In this document: positions 52,637 through 62,335 of the stretch, piece by piece
Layout of the letters: each line of letters begins with the position of its first letter
Numbering within the stretch: position 1 is the stretch's first letter
Assembly: GCA_963422645.2 (NCBI GenBank)
Contig: CAXXVO010000007.1
Span: forward strand, 256,001-320,000
Direction: 5' to 3'
From: Alphaproteobacteria bacterium
GTDB lineage: Bacteria; Pseudomonadota; Alphaproteobacteria; UBA828
DNA length: 64,000 nt
Notes under the pieces: model-generated
Told to the model about the DNA's origin: nothing
Database searches by the model: none
The model's input: only the letters and a program-made list of their open reading frames with translations
Position numbers and translations under genes: made by a program

Positions 52637-53895
52637 GTAACTGCCCAGGTACCCCCTCTCTCTTATGGAACAAGCCAGTTCCTTTTGCGTCAACGCCCCC
52701 ACGCCGCGGGGGTGCCTACTCTCTTGAGCGCGAGAGGATGATGAACGCCGCGTCGCGAACAAGATGAGAGGACAGCGATACTCAGGATGAGCCGGAGAAG
52801 TTCAGGAGCGCAGTATAGGGATCAGCTGCATCGGTTCCGGGTGCGCCAGGATTTGCAGGATGTTCCAGCCTTGCTTTCGAGCGGTGACGATGACGCTGCG
52901 CATTCCGGCGAAGTTGCAGGCGCCTTGCAGGGAGCGGAAGCCGCCTGAGATCTTCTCATGCACTTTGTTCATACGGATGTCACGCTCCGCCTCGTTATTC
53001 GTGAACGGCGTGCGCAGGTCGGTGAGGAAGCGCAGGCAGCCCTCCTTATGCTTTTGAAGGCGGCGCGCGAGGTTGTGGCCGATGCGGCGTTTCTTTCGCC
53101 CTCGCTTTGCGATCTGGAGCGGCGGTTGGGCCTCATGGAAGGCGATGGCTTCTTCGAGGATACGGTCCCATGCCCTTGAGATGCGGGCCACCAGGGAGGC
53201 GGGGACTTGACGGTCTTTCTCACGGGCGAAGCGGGCGGCCCTGCGCGCGCGCTGAAGCAGGCGGTGCATGCTCGCCGCCCATTCCTCCTTCTCGATGTCG
53301 ATCAGGGCCTGGAGTTCGCGCAGGTGATGTGCGTTGCAGGCGCCGTGGCGGACGCCCTTGATGGTGAAGTAGGGGGCGAAGTCGTCGTGGACGAGGATGC
53401 CTTTCAGGTTCTTTTCGACATCGCCGCGTCCCTCGCCGATGCGCAGGACGGTGAGCAACGGGGTGCACAGCACATGGAGCCAGCGGGTACGGGCGGCGAT
53501 ACGCAGGCCGGTCTCGTCGAGGTGCTTGACCGGCGCCTGCGTGCGGATCAGATCGGCGACATGGTCGAGGAAGCCCTCGAAGCGCTGCGCTGTGCGCCGG
53601 CCCATGGCGGCGATCGTGGCAGTGGAGATGGACACCGCGAAGATGTCGCTCATGAGTTCGGCCAGACGCTTCTCGGGCACGAACTGGGCGTACAGCAGGT
53701 AACTCACCCAAGCGGTGATGCGAGGGCCGTACTGGACCGGGGCGGTGACGCCCGGCGGGAAGGCGGCTCGTGTCAGCGTGCCGCATGCGCCGCAGAGGCA
53801 GCGATGGGCGCGGTGTTCGGTGACCTCGAGAGGCTGCGGCTCGGGTACGTCGAAGACCTGCCGACAGGCGGGCGCGCCTTGCCGGTCGGCGTCCG
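52637..53895 (-). mobile_element. Second IS66-family element, left part deleted
   Basis: End GTAACTGCCCAGGTACCCC at 52637; transposase similarity stops near 53895 where phage DNA begins. Confidence 0.85.
52802..53895 (-). pseudogene. IS66 transposase, 5'-truncated
   Basis: RQVFDVPEP..EHRAH..CGACG..PVQYGP upstream of ORF 53707; HLDETG, CNAHHLREL, PFTNNEAERDIR, KISGGFRS. Confidence 0.88.
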
Positions 53896-54129
53896 GTGCT
53901 CGCCTGGGACTCCGACGCCGCCGTCCGGCCGACGGTGCGCGTGCGCGCCGCCGACTTCCGCGACGACCTCGCCTCCGCCGCCTGGACCGGCTACGCCGCC
54001 GGGGACAGGATTGCAGGACGCATGGTCCAGGTCGAGTGGACCTGGACCTGGGAGCGCGGGCAACTCCCCACCGTCAGATACCTCTGCTTCGGCCTCGCCC
54101 GCGCCCATATCGCCGCGCCGGCGGGCTGA
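53896..54129 (+). pseudogene. C-terminal fragment of a probable phage tail protein
   Basis: Coding-like VLAWDSDAAVRPTVRVRAAD...GRMVQVEWTW...* beginning at the deletion junction; upstream of the tail fibre. Confidence 0.45.
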
Positions 54130-54150
54130 GCAGGCGCGAAAGGAAACCCC

Positions 54151-54939
54151 ATGACCGCATGGCCCACCAGGAAGATCGACACCACCCACCTCGACCAGGG
54201 CAGCGATTCGCCCGCCCACGCCCGCGCCGCCATCAAGGCCATGGCCGACACCATAAACGCCATGATCGCCGCCGCCGGCGATCCGGGCGGCGTCGCCACC
54301 CTCGACGGCTCCGGCCTGCACCCCTTCCGCCAGATGCGGGGCGAGGTGTTCACCGCCGCCGAGCGCACGCGGCTGGCCAACCTCAGCGAGCGCGCGGCGC
54401 CGCCGCGTCCCGCGCCCGAGCCGGCGCCCCGGCCCACGCCGCGCGGGCGCAAGACCTTCACCACGCCCGGGTCCTTCACCTGGCGCGCGCCCGCGGGCGT
54501 GACCCGCGTGCGCGTGCAGTTGCGGGGCGGCAGCGGCGGCAGCGGCGGCAGCTATGCGACCCACGCCAACAACCCCGGCGCGCGCCGCATCACCTTCCGT
54601 GGCGGCAGCGGCGGCGACCCCGGCTTCGTCTACTTCGAGATCGCGGTCTCGCCGGGCACCTCCTACAGCTTGACCGCGGGAGGCAGCGGAGCGGACGGAG
54701 CGGACGGCGACGGCGGGGCTCGCGGGCGCGACGGCGCAGACGGCGAGGACACCGCCGCCTTCGGCGGCACGGCGCGCGGCGGCAAGGGCGGCCGGGGAGC
54801 GTATGACCGACGCAACGCCGCAGACGGCGCAGACGGAACCGCCTCCGCCCCCGCCGGCGCAAGCGGCGTCAGCCGCCAGACCCAGCTCACCGTGCCCTCC
54901 CCGGTCTCCGCCGGCTATATCGTCATCGAGTGGGGCTGA
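54151..54939 (+). CDS. Phage tail-fibre protein with glycine-rich C-terminal domain
   Basis: RBS AAGGA; TFTTPGSFTWRAPAGVTRVRVQLRGGSGGSGG...GGSGG...VSPGTSYSLTAGGSG...GYIVIEW pattern typical of phage Gly-rich domains. Confidence 0.8.
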   Translation: MTAWPTRKIDTTHLDQGSDSPAHARAAIKAMADTINAMIAAAGDPGGVATLDGSGLHPFRQMRGEVFTAAERTRLANLSERAAPPRPAPEPAPRPTPRGRKTFTTPGSFTWRAPAGVTRVRVQLRGGSGGSGGSYATHANNPGARRITFRGGSGGDPGFVYFEIAVSPGTSYSLTAGGSGADGADGDGGARGRDGADGEDTAAFGGTARGGKGGRGAYDRRNAADGADGTASAPAGASGVSRQTQLTVPSPVSAGYIVIEWG

Positions 54940-54944
54940 TCGCG

Positions 54945-55827
54945 ATGCGCCGCACCCTCGTCCCCGCAGGCGGCGGCATCGACAGCACCGCCCTCGCCCT
55001 CCTCGTCCTGCGCGAGACCGAAGACGAGGTCGTCCTCTCCTGCTACCGCGAGCCGGCCCGCGAACTCCCGGAGCGCATCGCCCGCGAGCAGGCCGCAAGC
55101 GAGGCCGTCGCAGACTGGCTCTCCCGCAACGTCCGGCCCGTGCGCCACGTCAGCCGCGACGCCCTGCGCGTGGAGACCGGCCCCCGCGCAAGATGGCCAA
55201 TTCGGGACGGGAGAGGATGGGAGGGCGTCTGCGACCCCACATTCGGCCCCTGGGGCATCGACCGATACGCAACCCACGCCGACGAGGCCGAGCGCCACCG
55301 CGCCGACCGGGTGATGCCCGGCATCACCTCGTGGGACACCGCCGACGACATGCACCGCATGTACTGGTATCCCGTCTACCGCGCGCGCACCGCCGTCCCC
55401 ATGGAAACTCCCCTTCTTCCCCGGCTGGGAGGACGGCGCGCAGTGGCCGCCGTCGCGGGACGCCCCCTTCGGACCCGTCGCCGGGCGCTTCATGCTCCAG
55501 GCCCTGCTCCCGCCCGGGCTGGAGGCGCTCACCTGGCGATGCACCGTCGCGGCAGAGCCCTGCGGACGCTGCCCCCGATGCCGCCTCAACGCCTTCTTCG
55601 AGCGCTTCTGCCGGGGACGCCCGGCGGACCAGGTCGCCCGCATCGACGACGCCCTCGAGCGACACCGCGGCGCAGGCCGGTGGTACGCCGACGCCGACCC
55701 CGGAAGATGGACCGGTCACGACGGATACGACGCCGCAGAACGCGCCGTCGAAGACCCCGAATGGTGGAAGGCCGAACTCGAACGCCCGTGCCGCCCCGGC
55801 GCCCGCCCCGGTCCCGACCGCGCCTGA
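54945..55827 (+). CDS. QueC-like PP-loop ATP pyrophosphatase; frameshift near 55405
   Basis: N-terminal LVPAGGGIDSTA (SGGxDS-like); removing one A from GGAAACTC gives MELPFF... into TWRCTVAAEPCGRCPRC (QueC-type four-Cys Zn site). Confidence 0.68.
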
Positions 55828-55881
55828 AACCCCCACGCACCGCCCGTGCACGGGCCCTGAACCCCCCGCGCAGCGCTCCTT

Positions 55882-55999
55882 CATGGCCCATGCACAGGCC
55901 GGTTTTTCCAGCCCGGTTCAGCCCCGAAAACCAGCCGATTTTCCAGGCCATTCGCAAAGACTTCCGGCCGCGATTCGCAAAGACTTCCGGCCGGCTACA
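55882..55999 (+). repeat. Element terminus copy 2
   Basis: Direct repeats ATTCGCAAAGACTTCCGGCCG at 55950-55970 and 55973-55993, then GCTACA. Confidence 0.9.
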
Positions 56000-56283
56000 G
56001 ACGATGGTGTCGTCGATCCCGATTTTCACGCCTTGGCCCGAGAAGCCCCCGGCGTAGGCATGGTGTGCGCCGATCTGCTCCAGCACGTCGGGGGCTGATG
56101 CGACGTGAAGCGGGCCGTGCCGAGGTGATATGCTGGGTCAGTGGTAGGGTCGGTTGGCGTCGGGTCGCCAGGCTCCGGCGTAGGCTGTGCCACGTTGGGC
56201 CGGTCGCCATCGCCACCACCACCGCCGCATGCGCCAAGCACCAGGAGCACGCTCAGAGCAGCAAATAAGATGTTTCTGCTCAT
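56000..56283 (-). pseudogene. S8 subtilase-like lipoprotein, 5' fragment cut by the prophage end
   Basis: Lipoprotein signal MSRNILFAALSVLLVLGA-CGGGGG, Pro-rich linker, then (frameshift in G-run 56090-56094) LEQIGAHHAYAGGFSGQGVKIGIDDTIV, the subtilase catalytic-Asp region. Confidence 0.7.
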
Positions 56284-56356
56284 CGACTTCTCCTGTCGTC
56301 TGGCAGACTCTTTGCCCGCCTCGCCATCGCCAGCGAAGGGTAACCGGCGGCGACGG

Positions 56357-57424
56357 TCAGGACTGGCGCTTGAGCGCGCCTTCGGCGGTGATGTCGCTCT
56401 TGAAGGGCCAGTAGAGCTCGGCGTTCCGGGTAATTCCGCTGCGGCGGAAGATGATGATCAGCATCATCACGATGCCGACCACAACCCAGGTGCTGCTGGT
56501 GGGCAGCGTGAAGCCGTCCCTGCCGAACATCCCGCTCTCGAGATTCTTGAGCAGGTCGATCACCACGGTCATCACCACGACACCGACCACGGCGCCGGAG
56601 AGGCTCTGCATGCCGCCGATCACCAGCATCGCCAGCGTGATCAGCGTCAGGTTGAGGAAGAAGGTGTCGACCGTCAGCATGCCGAGGAAATGGCCGAAGA
56701 GGCCGCCCGCCATGCCGCAGAAGAAGGCGCTGATGACGAAGGCGAGCAGGCGCTGGCCGATGACATTGACCCCGGCCGCCTTCGCCGCCACCTCGTCGTC
56801 CCGCGATGCGCGCAGCGCAAGGCCGAACTTCGAGCGCGAATACAAGAAGGCCGCGAGAATCGTGACCACCGCATAGCAGTAGGCGACCCAGGGCGACGTC
56901 GTCTGCGGCAGGCCGATCACCGAGCTCGCGCCCGAGGTCCAGGTGCTCCAGCGCAGATAGACCGAATACATGATCATCAGGAAGGCGAAGGTGCCGATCG
57001 ACGCCGCGATGCCCGATAATCGCATCAGCGCAATGCCCGCGATGAAGGCCACGAAGGAGCTGAGCAGCCCCGCGAGGAAGATCGCCAGCACGAAGTGGTG
57101 GCTGTTGTTCAACAAATAGTGCGGCAGCCCCGGCATGAACATCTCGCGGGTGAACTCGCAGCAGGTCTGCCAGCCGGTGGCGTAGGCGCCCACCATCATG
57201 AAGCCGATATGGCCGAAGGACATGATCCCGGAGTTGCCGATGAACATGTAGAGCGCCACCACGATCACGACCCGGATCAAGCCCTCGGTCAGCGTGCGGG
57301 CCATGATCCTGTCGTCGAGCGCGACCACGATCGCGGTGATGATGAGAAGACCGACGCAGAGATTGACCAGCGGCCAGAAGTGCCGGATGCGCTGCATGAG
57401 CGGGGTGGTGGCGTCGATCATCAC
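56357..57424 (-). CDS. livM: Branched-chain amino acid-type ABC permease (LivM-like)
   Basis: GIMSFGH, GLALRASRDDEVAAKAAGVN, LVIGGM..LSGAVVG. Confidence 0.88.
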   Translation of the reverse strand: MMIDATTPLMQRIRHFWPLVNLCVGLLIITAIVVALDDRIMARTLTEGLIRVVIVVALYMFIGNSGIMSFGHIGFMMVGAYATGWQTCCEFTREMFMPGLPHYLLNNSHHFVLAIFLAGLLSSFVAFIAGIALMRLSGIAASIGTFAFLMIMYSVYLRWSTWTSGASSVIGLPQTTSPWVAYCYAVVTILAAFLYSRSKFGLALRASRDDEVAAKAAGVNVIGQRLLAFVISAFFCGMAGGLFGHFLGMLTVDTFFLNLTLITLAMLVIGGMQSLSGAVVGVVVMTVVIDLLKNLESGMFGRDGFTLPTSSTWVVVGIVMMLIIIFRRSGITRNAELYWPFKSDITAEGALKRQS

Positions 57425-58338
57425 ACCCGTTCCTTGAACGCCCTGGTCGGCACCAGGCCTTGCGGCCGGGCCAGCAGGATCACCACCACCAGGCCGAACA
57501 CGAAGGCGTCGCGGAAGCCCCGCATCCCCTCCGGCAGAACCGCGATCAGGACGGTCGAGACGATCCCGACCACATAGCCGCCCACCACCGCTCCGATGAG
57601 GCTGCCCATGCCGCCGATCACGGTGGCGATGAAGGCGTAGAGCATCAGGAAGACGCCGCCGCGGAAGTTCAGGATGCCGGTCTGGGTGTGGTACATGAGC
57701 GCCATGATGCCGGCGAGCGCGCCTGAGATGACGAAGGCGAGCGCGATCACCCGGGTCGCGTTGACGCCGAGCATCCGCGCCATCCTGAAGTCTTCCGCCG
57801 CCGCCCGCATCTCGACGCCGATGGGCGTGCGCCTGAGGAAGAGCGTCAGCAGGATCAGCAGGATCCAGGTGACCGCCACGATCACGAGCTGCAGGATCGG
57901 TACCTGAAGCTTGCCGGAAAGCTGGATCACGCCGGTAAGCTCCGGCCAGAGGCCCACCGCTTTCGGCCGGCCGCTGTAGATCATGATGACCAGGTTCTGG
58001 ATCGAGAAGCTGAGCGCCACTGAGGCGATCATGAGGACGGCGGGAGGAGCCGTCTGAATGTGCCTGAAGAGCAGGAAGTAGGAGGCGAGCGCCCAGACGA
58101 TTACCACGCCCACCACGCAGACCATCAGCAGCACCGGATGGAAGTCCAGGAGCAAGGGGATCGCGACCACCGCCGTCGCGGGCACGATCAGCGAGAACCC
58201 GCCCACCGTGATGAAATCGCCGTGGGCGAAGTTGATCAGCCTGAGCACACCGAAGAGGAGGCCAATCCCGAGCGCTCCCAGGGCATAGAAGCTGCCGAGA
58301 CTCAGGCTCGAGATGATGGTTTGGACGACGACTTCCAT
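57421..58338 (-). CDS. livH: Branched-chain amino acid-type ABC permease (LivH-like)
   Basis: YALGALGIGLLFGVLRLINFAHGD, GVEMRAAAED...GVN, AFIATVIGGMGS, RPQGL. Confidence 0.9.
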   Translation of the reverse strand: MEVVVQTIISSLSLGSFYALGALGIGLLFGVLRLINFAHGDFITVGGFSLIVPATAVVAIPLLLDFHPVLLMVCVVGVVIVWALASYFLLFRHIQTAPPAVLMIASVALSFSIQNLVIMIYSGRPKAVGLWPELTGVIQLSGKLQVPILQLVIVAVTWILLILLTLFLRRTPIGVEMRAAAEDFRMARMLGVNATRVIALAFVISGALAGIMALMYHTQTGILNFRGGVFLMLYAFIATVIGGMGSLIGAVVGGYVVGIVSTVLIAVLPEGMRGFRDAFVFGLVVVILLARPQGLVPTRAFKERV

Positions 58339-59084
58339 CAGAATGCCACCTCGCCGGTGTGCTCCACCCCTTCGGTGAAACCGAAGTAAGCCTGCCTCAC
58401 CTTCTCGCCGTCCTGCAGCTCCACGGCGTCGCCCTCCAGCTGGATCTCGCCGCTCCGCAGCACGTAGATGCGGTCCGCCGCCTTGATCGCGCGCTCCGAG
58501 CTTTGCTCGACAATCAGCAGCGTGAGCCCGCGCGACTCCCTGAGCTCGAGCAGCACCTCGTACACCCGGTCCACCAGATTGGGCGCGAGCCCGAGGGAGG
58601 GCTCGTCGATGGTCATAATTCTGGGGTTGGTGAGCAGCGCGCGGCCGATCACCAGCATTTGCTGCTCGCCGCCGGAGAGCTTGCCCGCTGCCCCCTTGCG
58701 ACGTTCCGCCAGCACCGGGAAGAGCTCCAGCACCCGCTTGAAGTCGGCCTCGACCTCGCCGCGGTCGCGGCGCATCCGGGTGCCGAGCCGCAGGTTCTCC
58801 TCGACGCTCAGCGTGGTGAAAACGTGGCGCCCTTCCGGCACCTGGGAGATGCCGCGCCGCGCCACCGCTTCCGGCGTGAGGCCGATGATGGACTGGCCAT
58901 CGAAGGTGATTGCGCCTTGGGAGGGTCGCAACACGCCCGAGATCGTGAGCAGGGTGGTCGACTTGCCGGCGCCGTTGGGGCCGACGACGCAAACGATCTC
59001 ACCTTCGTTGACGCCGACCGAGACGCCCCGCACCGCAGGCACCCGGCCGTAATGCACATGGATGTCGTCCACCGAGAGCAACAT
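58338..59084 (-). CDS. livF: ABC ATPase (LivF-like)
   Basis: GPNGAGKST, VPEGRHVF, LSGGEQQM, DEPSLGLAP, VEQ. Confidence 0.92.
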   Translation of the reverse strand: MLLSVDDIHVHYGRVPAVRGVSVGVNEGEIVCVVGPNGAGKSTTLLTISGVLRPSQGAITFDGQSIIGLTPEAVARRGISQVPEGRHVFTTLSVEENLRLGTRMRRDRGEVEADFKRVLELFPVLAERRKGAAGKLSGGEQQMLVIGRALLTNPRIMTIDEPSLGLAPNLVDRVYEVLLELRESRGLTLLIVEQSSERAIKAADRIYVLRSGEIQLEGDAVELQDGEKVRQAYFGFTEGVEHTGEVAF

Positions 59085-59089
59085 CCGCG

Positions 59090-59845
59090 TCACTCGTGGC
59101 CCAGATAGGCGGCGATGACCGCTTCGTTGCTCTGCACCTCGGCAGGTGTGCCGCGGGCGATGGTGCGCCCGCTGTCGAGCACGTGGATGCGCTCGCAGAC
59201 GCCCATGATGACCCGCATGTTGTGCTCGATCAGCAGCACGCCGCAGCCGAAGCGGTCCGGTATCTCGCGCACCAGGTGCATCACGTCGTCGCATTCGAGG
59301 TCGGACATGCCCGCCGCCGGCTCGTCCAGCAGGACGAAGGCCGGGTTCATGGCGAGCGCGCGGGCAATGCCGACCCGGCGCTCGTCGGTATAGGGCAGGA
59401 CACCGGCGGGGTCTTGAGCCTGGTCGGCGAGGCCGATCCACTCCAGTATTTCCATCGCCTGCTTGTGCGCCTTGCGGCGGGAGAGGCCGAGGCTCACCGC
59501 AGCGACCTCGACGTTCTCGCTCACCGGCATATCGCGGAAGAGCCGCCCCGCCTGGAAGGTGCGGGCAACGCCGTGGCGCCGGATCCAGTGGGGCGTGAGC
59601 TTCGAGATCACCTTGCCGCTGAGCAGGACGTGGCCGGCGGCGGGAACCTGGAAACCGGTCATCGCGTTGACGAGGGTCGTCTTGCCGGCGCCGTTGGGAC
59701 CGATGAGGCCCAGGATCTCGCCCTGGTGCAGGGTTTCGTCGACGCTGTCGACCGCGGTCAGGCCCTCGAAGCGGACAGTCACCTCGCGCGCTTCCAGCGT
59801 CGCGCCCTTCTGTGCTGTCGTCTCGGATTCGGCGTCTTTTGACAC
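59090..59845 (-). CDS. livG: ABC ATPase (LivG-like)
   Basis: GLIGPNGAGKTT, GVARTFQ, LLDEPAAGM, IEHNM, VIAAYLG; GTG start 59845 after GGGAG. Confidence 0.92.
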   Translation of the reverse strand: MSKDAESETTAQKGATLEAREVTVRFEGLTAVDSVDETLHQGEILGLIGPNGAGKTTLVNAMTGFQVPAAGHVLLSGKVISKLTPHWIRRHGVARTFQAGRLFRDMPVSENVEVAAVSLGLSRRKAHKQAMEILEWIGLADQAQDPAGVLPYTDERRVGIARALAMNPAFVLLDEPAAGMSDLECDDVMHLVREIPDRFGCGVLLIEHNMRVIMGVCERIHVLDSGRTIARGTPAEVQSNEAVIAAYLGHE

Positions 59846-60114
59846 CAGCCACTCCCGCTGCCCTATGCGCTTCCACGCGCCGCCGCTCGCACGATGCGGC
59901 CGCACGGACGCAGTTCCCTCGTTAGCTACCGAACGCGGGGGCGCGAATCAACGGGGAAATCGCAGCGGCCCGTCGATCGGGCGTACGTTTGCCCCTGCAA
60001 TGGGGCTTGCAAATGATGGCGCCGCATTGACAATGCGGCCTTGGAGAGCGCCCGGCATGGAGCATGGCGCCCGCATCAGTGTACGGAATTTTCCAGAGGG
60101 AGGAGATCGGTCCG

Positions 60115-61332
60115 ATGAAGAGAGTGGTGTCACTAGCCGCGGCCGGCGCACTTGCGCTGGGCATGGCATCGGCCGCGCCGGCGGTGGCGGACGATCACGA
60201 GGTTGTCTTCGGCTTCGCCGCGTCGCAGTCGGGCTGGATGCAGGCCTACAGCGGTCCGTCGACCAATGCGGCGTTGATCGCGATCGACGACTGGAACGCC
60301 AAGGGCGGCCTCCTCGGCAAGCAGATTCGGCCGGTCTTCGCGGACGCCAAGACCGACCGGGCTGAGAGCGCCAAGGCCGGAATTTCGGTCATCAATGACG
60401 GCGCCATGGCGATGGCTGTGGACTGCGACTACGACTTCGGCGCGCCCGCCGCGCTGCAGGCGCAGAACTCAGGCCTCATCTCGATCTTCCTGTGTGCGGA
60501 GAGCGTGCTCGCCGGCATCCAGGGCATCGGCAAGTACTCCTTCTCGAGTTCGATCCTCGCCGCCGTCCAGGGCGCGACGATCGCCGAGTGGGGCTACAAG
60601 GTGAAGGGCTGGCGCACCGCCTACCTGCTGCTCGACGACGTGCTCGAGTACAACAAGGGCATCTGCTACGGCTTCGACTGGATGTGGCGCGAAGTGCTCG
60701 AAGCCGAGGTCGTCGGCCATGACGTCTACCAGAACGAGGATCCCAGCATCCAGGCGCAGGTCGACCGCATCCGGGCGCTGCCCGAAGAGCCCGACATCAT
60801 CGAGAACTGCAGCTACATCCCCGGCGGGGCGAGCGCGATCAAGCAGATTCGCGCGGCCGGCATCACGGCTCCGATCGGCGGCGGCAGCTCCATGACCGGG
60901 GTTTACTGGCAGGATTCGGTGCCCGGCCTCTCCGGCCACTTCGTGCCCGAGCAGGCCTCGATCTACGGTGACGATCCACGCCCGGCGGTTCAGGAGTTCC
61001 TCAAGAAGTACGAGGCCAAGTTCGGTGAAGCGGTGAACAACCAGTACGCCTTCCCCGGCTACGTGGTCTTCGAGATGTGGGCCAAGGCCGTCGAGAAGGC
61101 CGGCACCTTCGACTCCGACGCCGTGGTCGAGGTGCTGGAGAGCTTCCGCGAGGAGCCGGTGCTGGTCGGCACCCGGACCTTCACGGACCAGCTCCACCAC
61201 CAGAACTTCGCGCCTTATCTGATCGTGGAGACCACCAACAATCAGCCGGCCGTCGTCGACTCCTGGACCATTTCGGAGCCGGTGCCGATGGACGTGCTCT
61301 TCGGCAAGCGTTACGAGTACATCGCCCGCTAA
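60115..61332 (+). CDS. Liv-type ABC periplasmic substrate-binding protein
   Basis: Sec signal, NAKGGLLGKQI, DAKTD; divergent from the liv-like genes. Confidence 0.9.
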   Translation: MKRVVSLAAAGALALGMASAAPAVADDHEVVFGFAASQSGWMQAYSGPSTNAALIAIDDWNAKGGLLGKQIRPVFADAKTDRAESAKAGISVINDGAMAMAVDCDYDFGAPAALQAQNSGLISIFLCAESVLAGIQGIGKYSFSSSILAAVQGATIAEWGYKVKGWRTAYLLLDDVLEYNKGICYGFDWMWREVLEAEVVGHDVYQNEDPSIQAQVDRIRALPEEPDIIENCSYIPGGASAIKQIRAAGITAPIGGGSSMTGVYWQDSVPGLSGHFVPEQASIYGDDPRPAVQEFLKKYEAKFGEAVNNQYAFPGYVVFEMWAKAVEKAGTFDSDAVVEVLESFREEPVLVGTRTFTDQLHHQNFAPYLIVETTNNQPAVVDSWTISEPVPMDVLFGKRYEYIAR

Positions 61333-61426
61333 ACGGGCGTGGAGCTATAGCGCCCGCTAATCGGGTGTAACGACGGGAGGGAGCTGCAGCGCCAGCGCCG
61401 CAGCCTCGCTCCACCGAGTCGAGACC

Positions 61427-61463
61427 AACGCCCCGTCCGGGCAACCGGGCGGGGCGTTTCGTT
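61427..61463 (+). terminator. Stem-loop terminator after the binding-protein gene
   Basis: AACGCCCCGTCCGG-GCAA-CCGGGCGGGGCGTT followed by TCGTT. Confidence 0.65.
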
Positions 61464-61527
61464 GCCAGGCACTTGGGCGAACGCGTGCTATCGTCGCCTC
61501 GGAAATACTTGGGTTTGGAGAGCACCT

Positions 61528-62093
61528 ATGGCGCCGGTCTACTACCACACGGGCCGATTTCCGCCCGAGGAGCGCCTGGATTGGCCTGCGCTGATTCCGT
61601 TCATCGGTCCCGCTGCCGCCGCCGTGGCGCGCTACGACGGAACTCTCGCTGCCATTCCGAATACGCGCATCTTGCTGGCGCCTTTGACGACGCGGGAGGC
61701 GGTGCTTTCCTCTCGCATTGAAGGGACCCAAGCGACCATGGGCGAAGTCCTCGGGTTCGAGGCCGGACAGGAGCCCGAATCGCCCACGCGTCGCGACGAT
61801 ATCCTCGAGGTGCTCAACTACCGCACCGCAATGCAGCGGGCCGAAGCGCTATTGGGAGAACTGCCACTCTCTCAAAGGGTCATCCGGAAGGCGCACTCGG
61901 TGTTGCTGTCAGGGGTGCGAGGCGAGGGCAAGGCACCCGGCGAGTACCGGAAAACGCCCAACTGGATCGGTGCTCCCGGGTGTACAATTGAAGAGGCCAA
62001 GTTCGTTCCGATTGGGGCGGACAGGCTCCCGGATGCGATGAGCGAGTGGGAGCGTTACATCCACCAGGACACTCCCGACAAGTTGATAAAGCT
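61528..62093 (+). pseudogene. fic: Fic/DOC family protein, truncated before the catalytic motif
   Basis: REAVLSSRIEGTQAT, EVLNY, PGEYRKTPNWIG, FVP; stops at an IS66-like end before HPFxDGNGR. Confidence 0.87.
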
Positions 62094-62200
62094 GTAACTA
62101 CCCAGGTACCCCGCCGCCAGTTCTGAGTGCGTGCTGATGTTGCTTGCCGTCGGTGCCGTTTCGCCGTCGGCGCGTCGTTGATCCCCGCTTGACTGTATAG
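62094..62200. mobile_element. IS66-like terminal segment (right boundary approximate)
   Basis: GTAACTACCCAGGTACCCC, one mismatch from the end at 52637. Confidence 0.7.
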
Positions 62201-62335
62201 GTTCAGACTTCCTGACCTCGTGATGCTGGCTGTTCTGGGCAGCGTGCCGGGAACTCCTTGAATTCTGATACATTTCGGTTGTTTCAGGCGGTTTTTCGCT
62301 GGGTGTCGCGCCCGAGGTCTGATAGTATAATTTGA

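Larger units (their letters stand above)
53896..55999 (+). mobile_element. Transposable prophage remnant B: tail-fibre region and right end
   Basis: Gly-rich tail-fibre gene followed by the same terminus as 7042-7158; interrupts a host gene at 56000. Confidence 0.72.

Noticed and set aside
54945-55827. Qat or type IV CBASS defence system
   Set aside because: No QatA/B/D, cyclase or TGT-like partner nearby; context is a phage tail module
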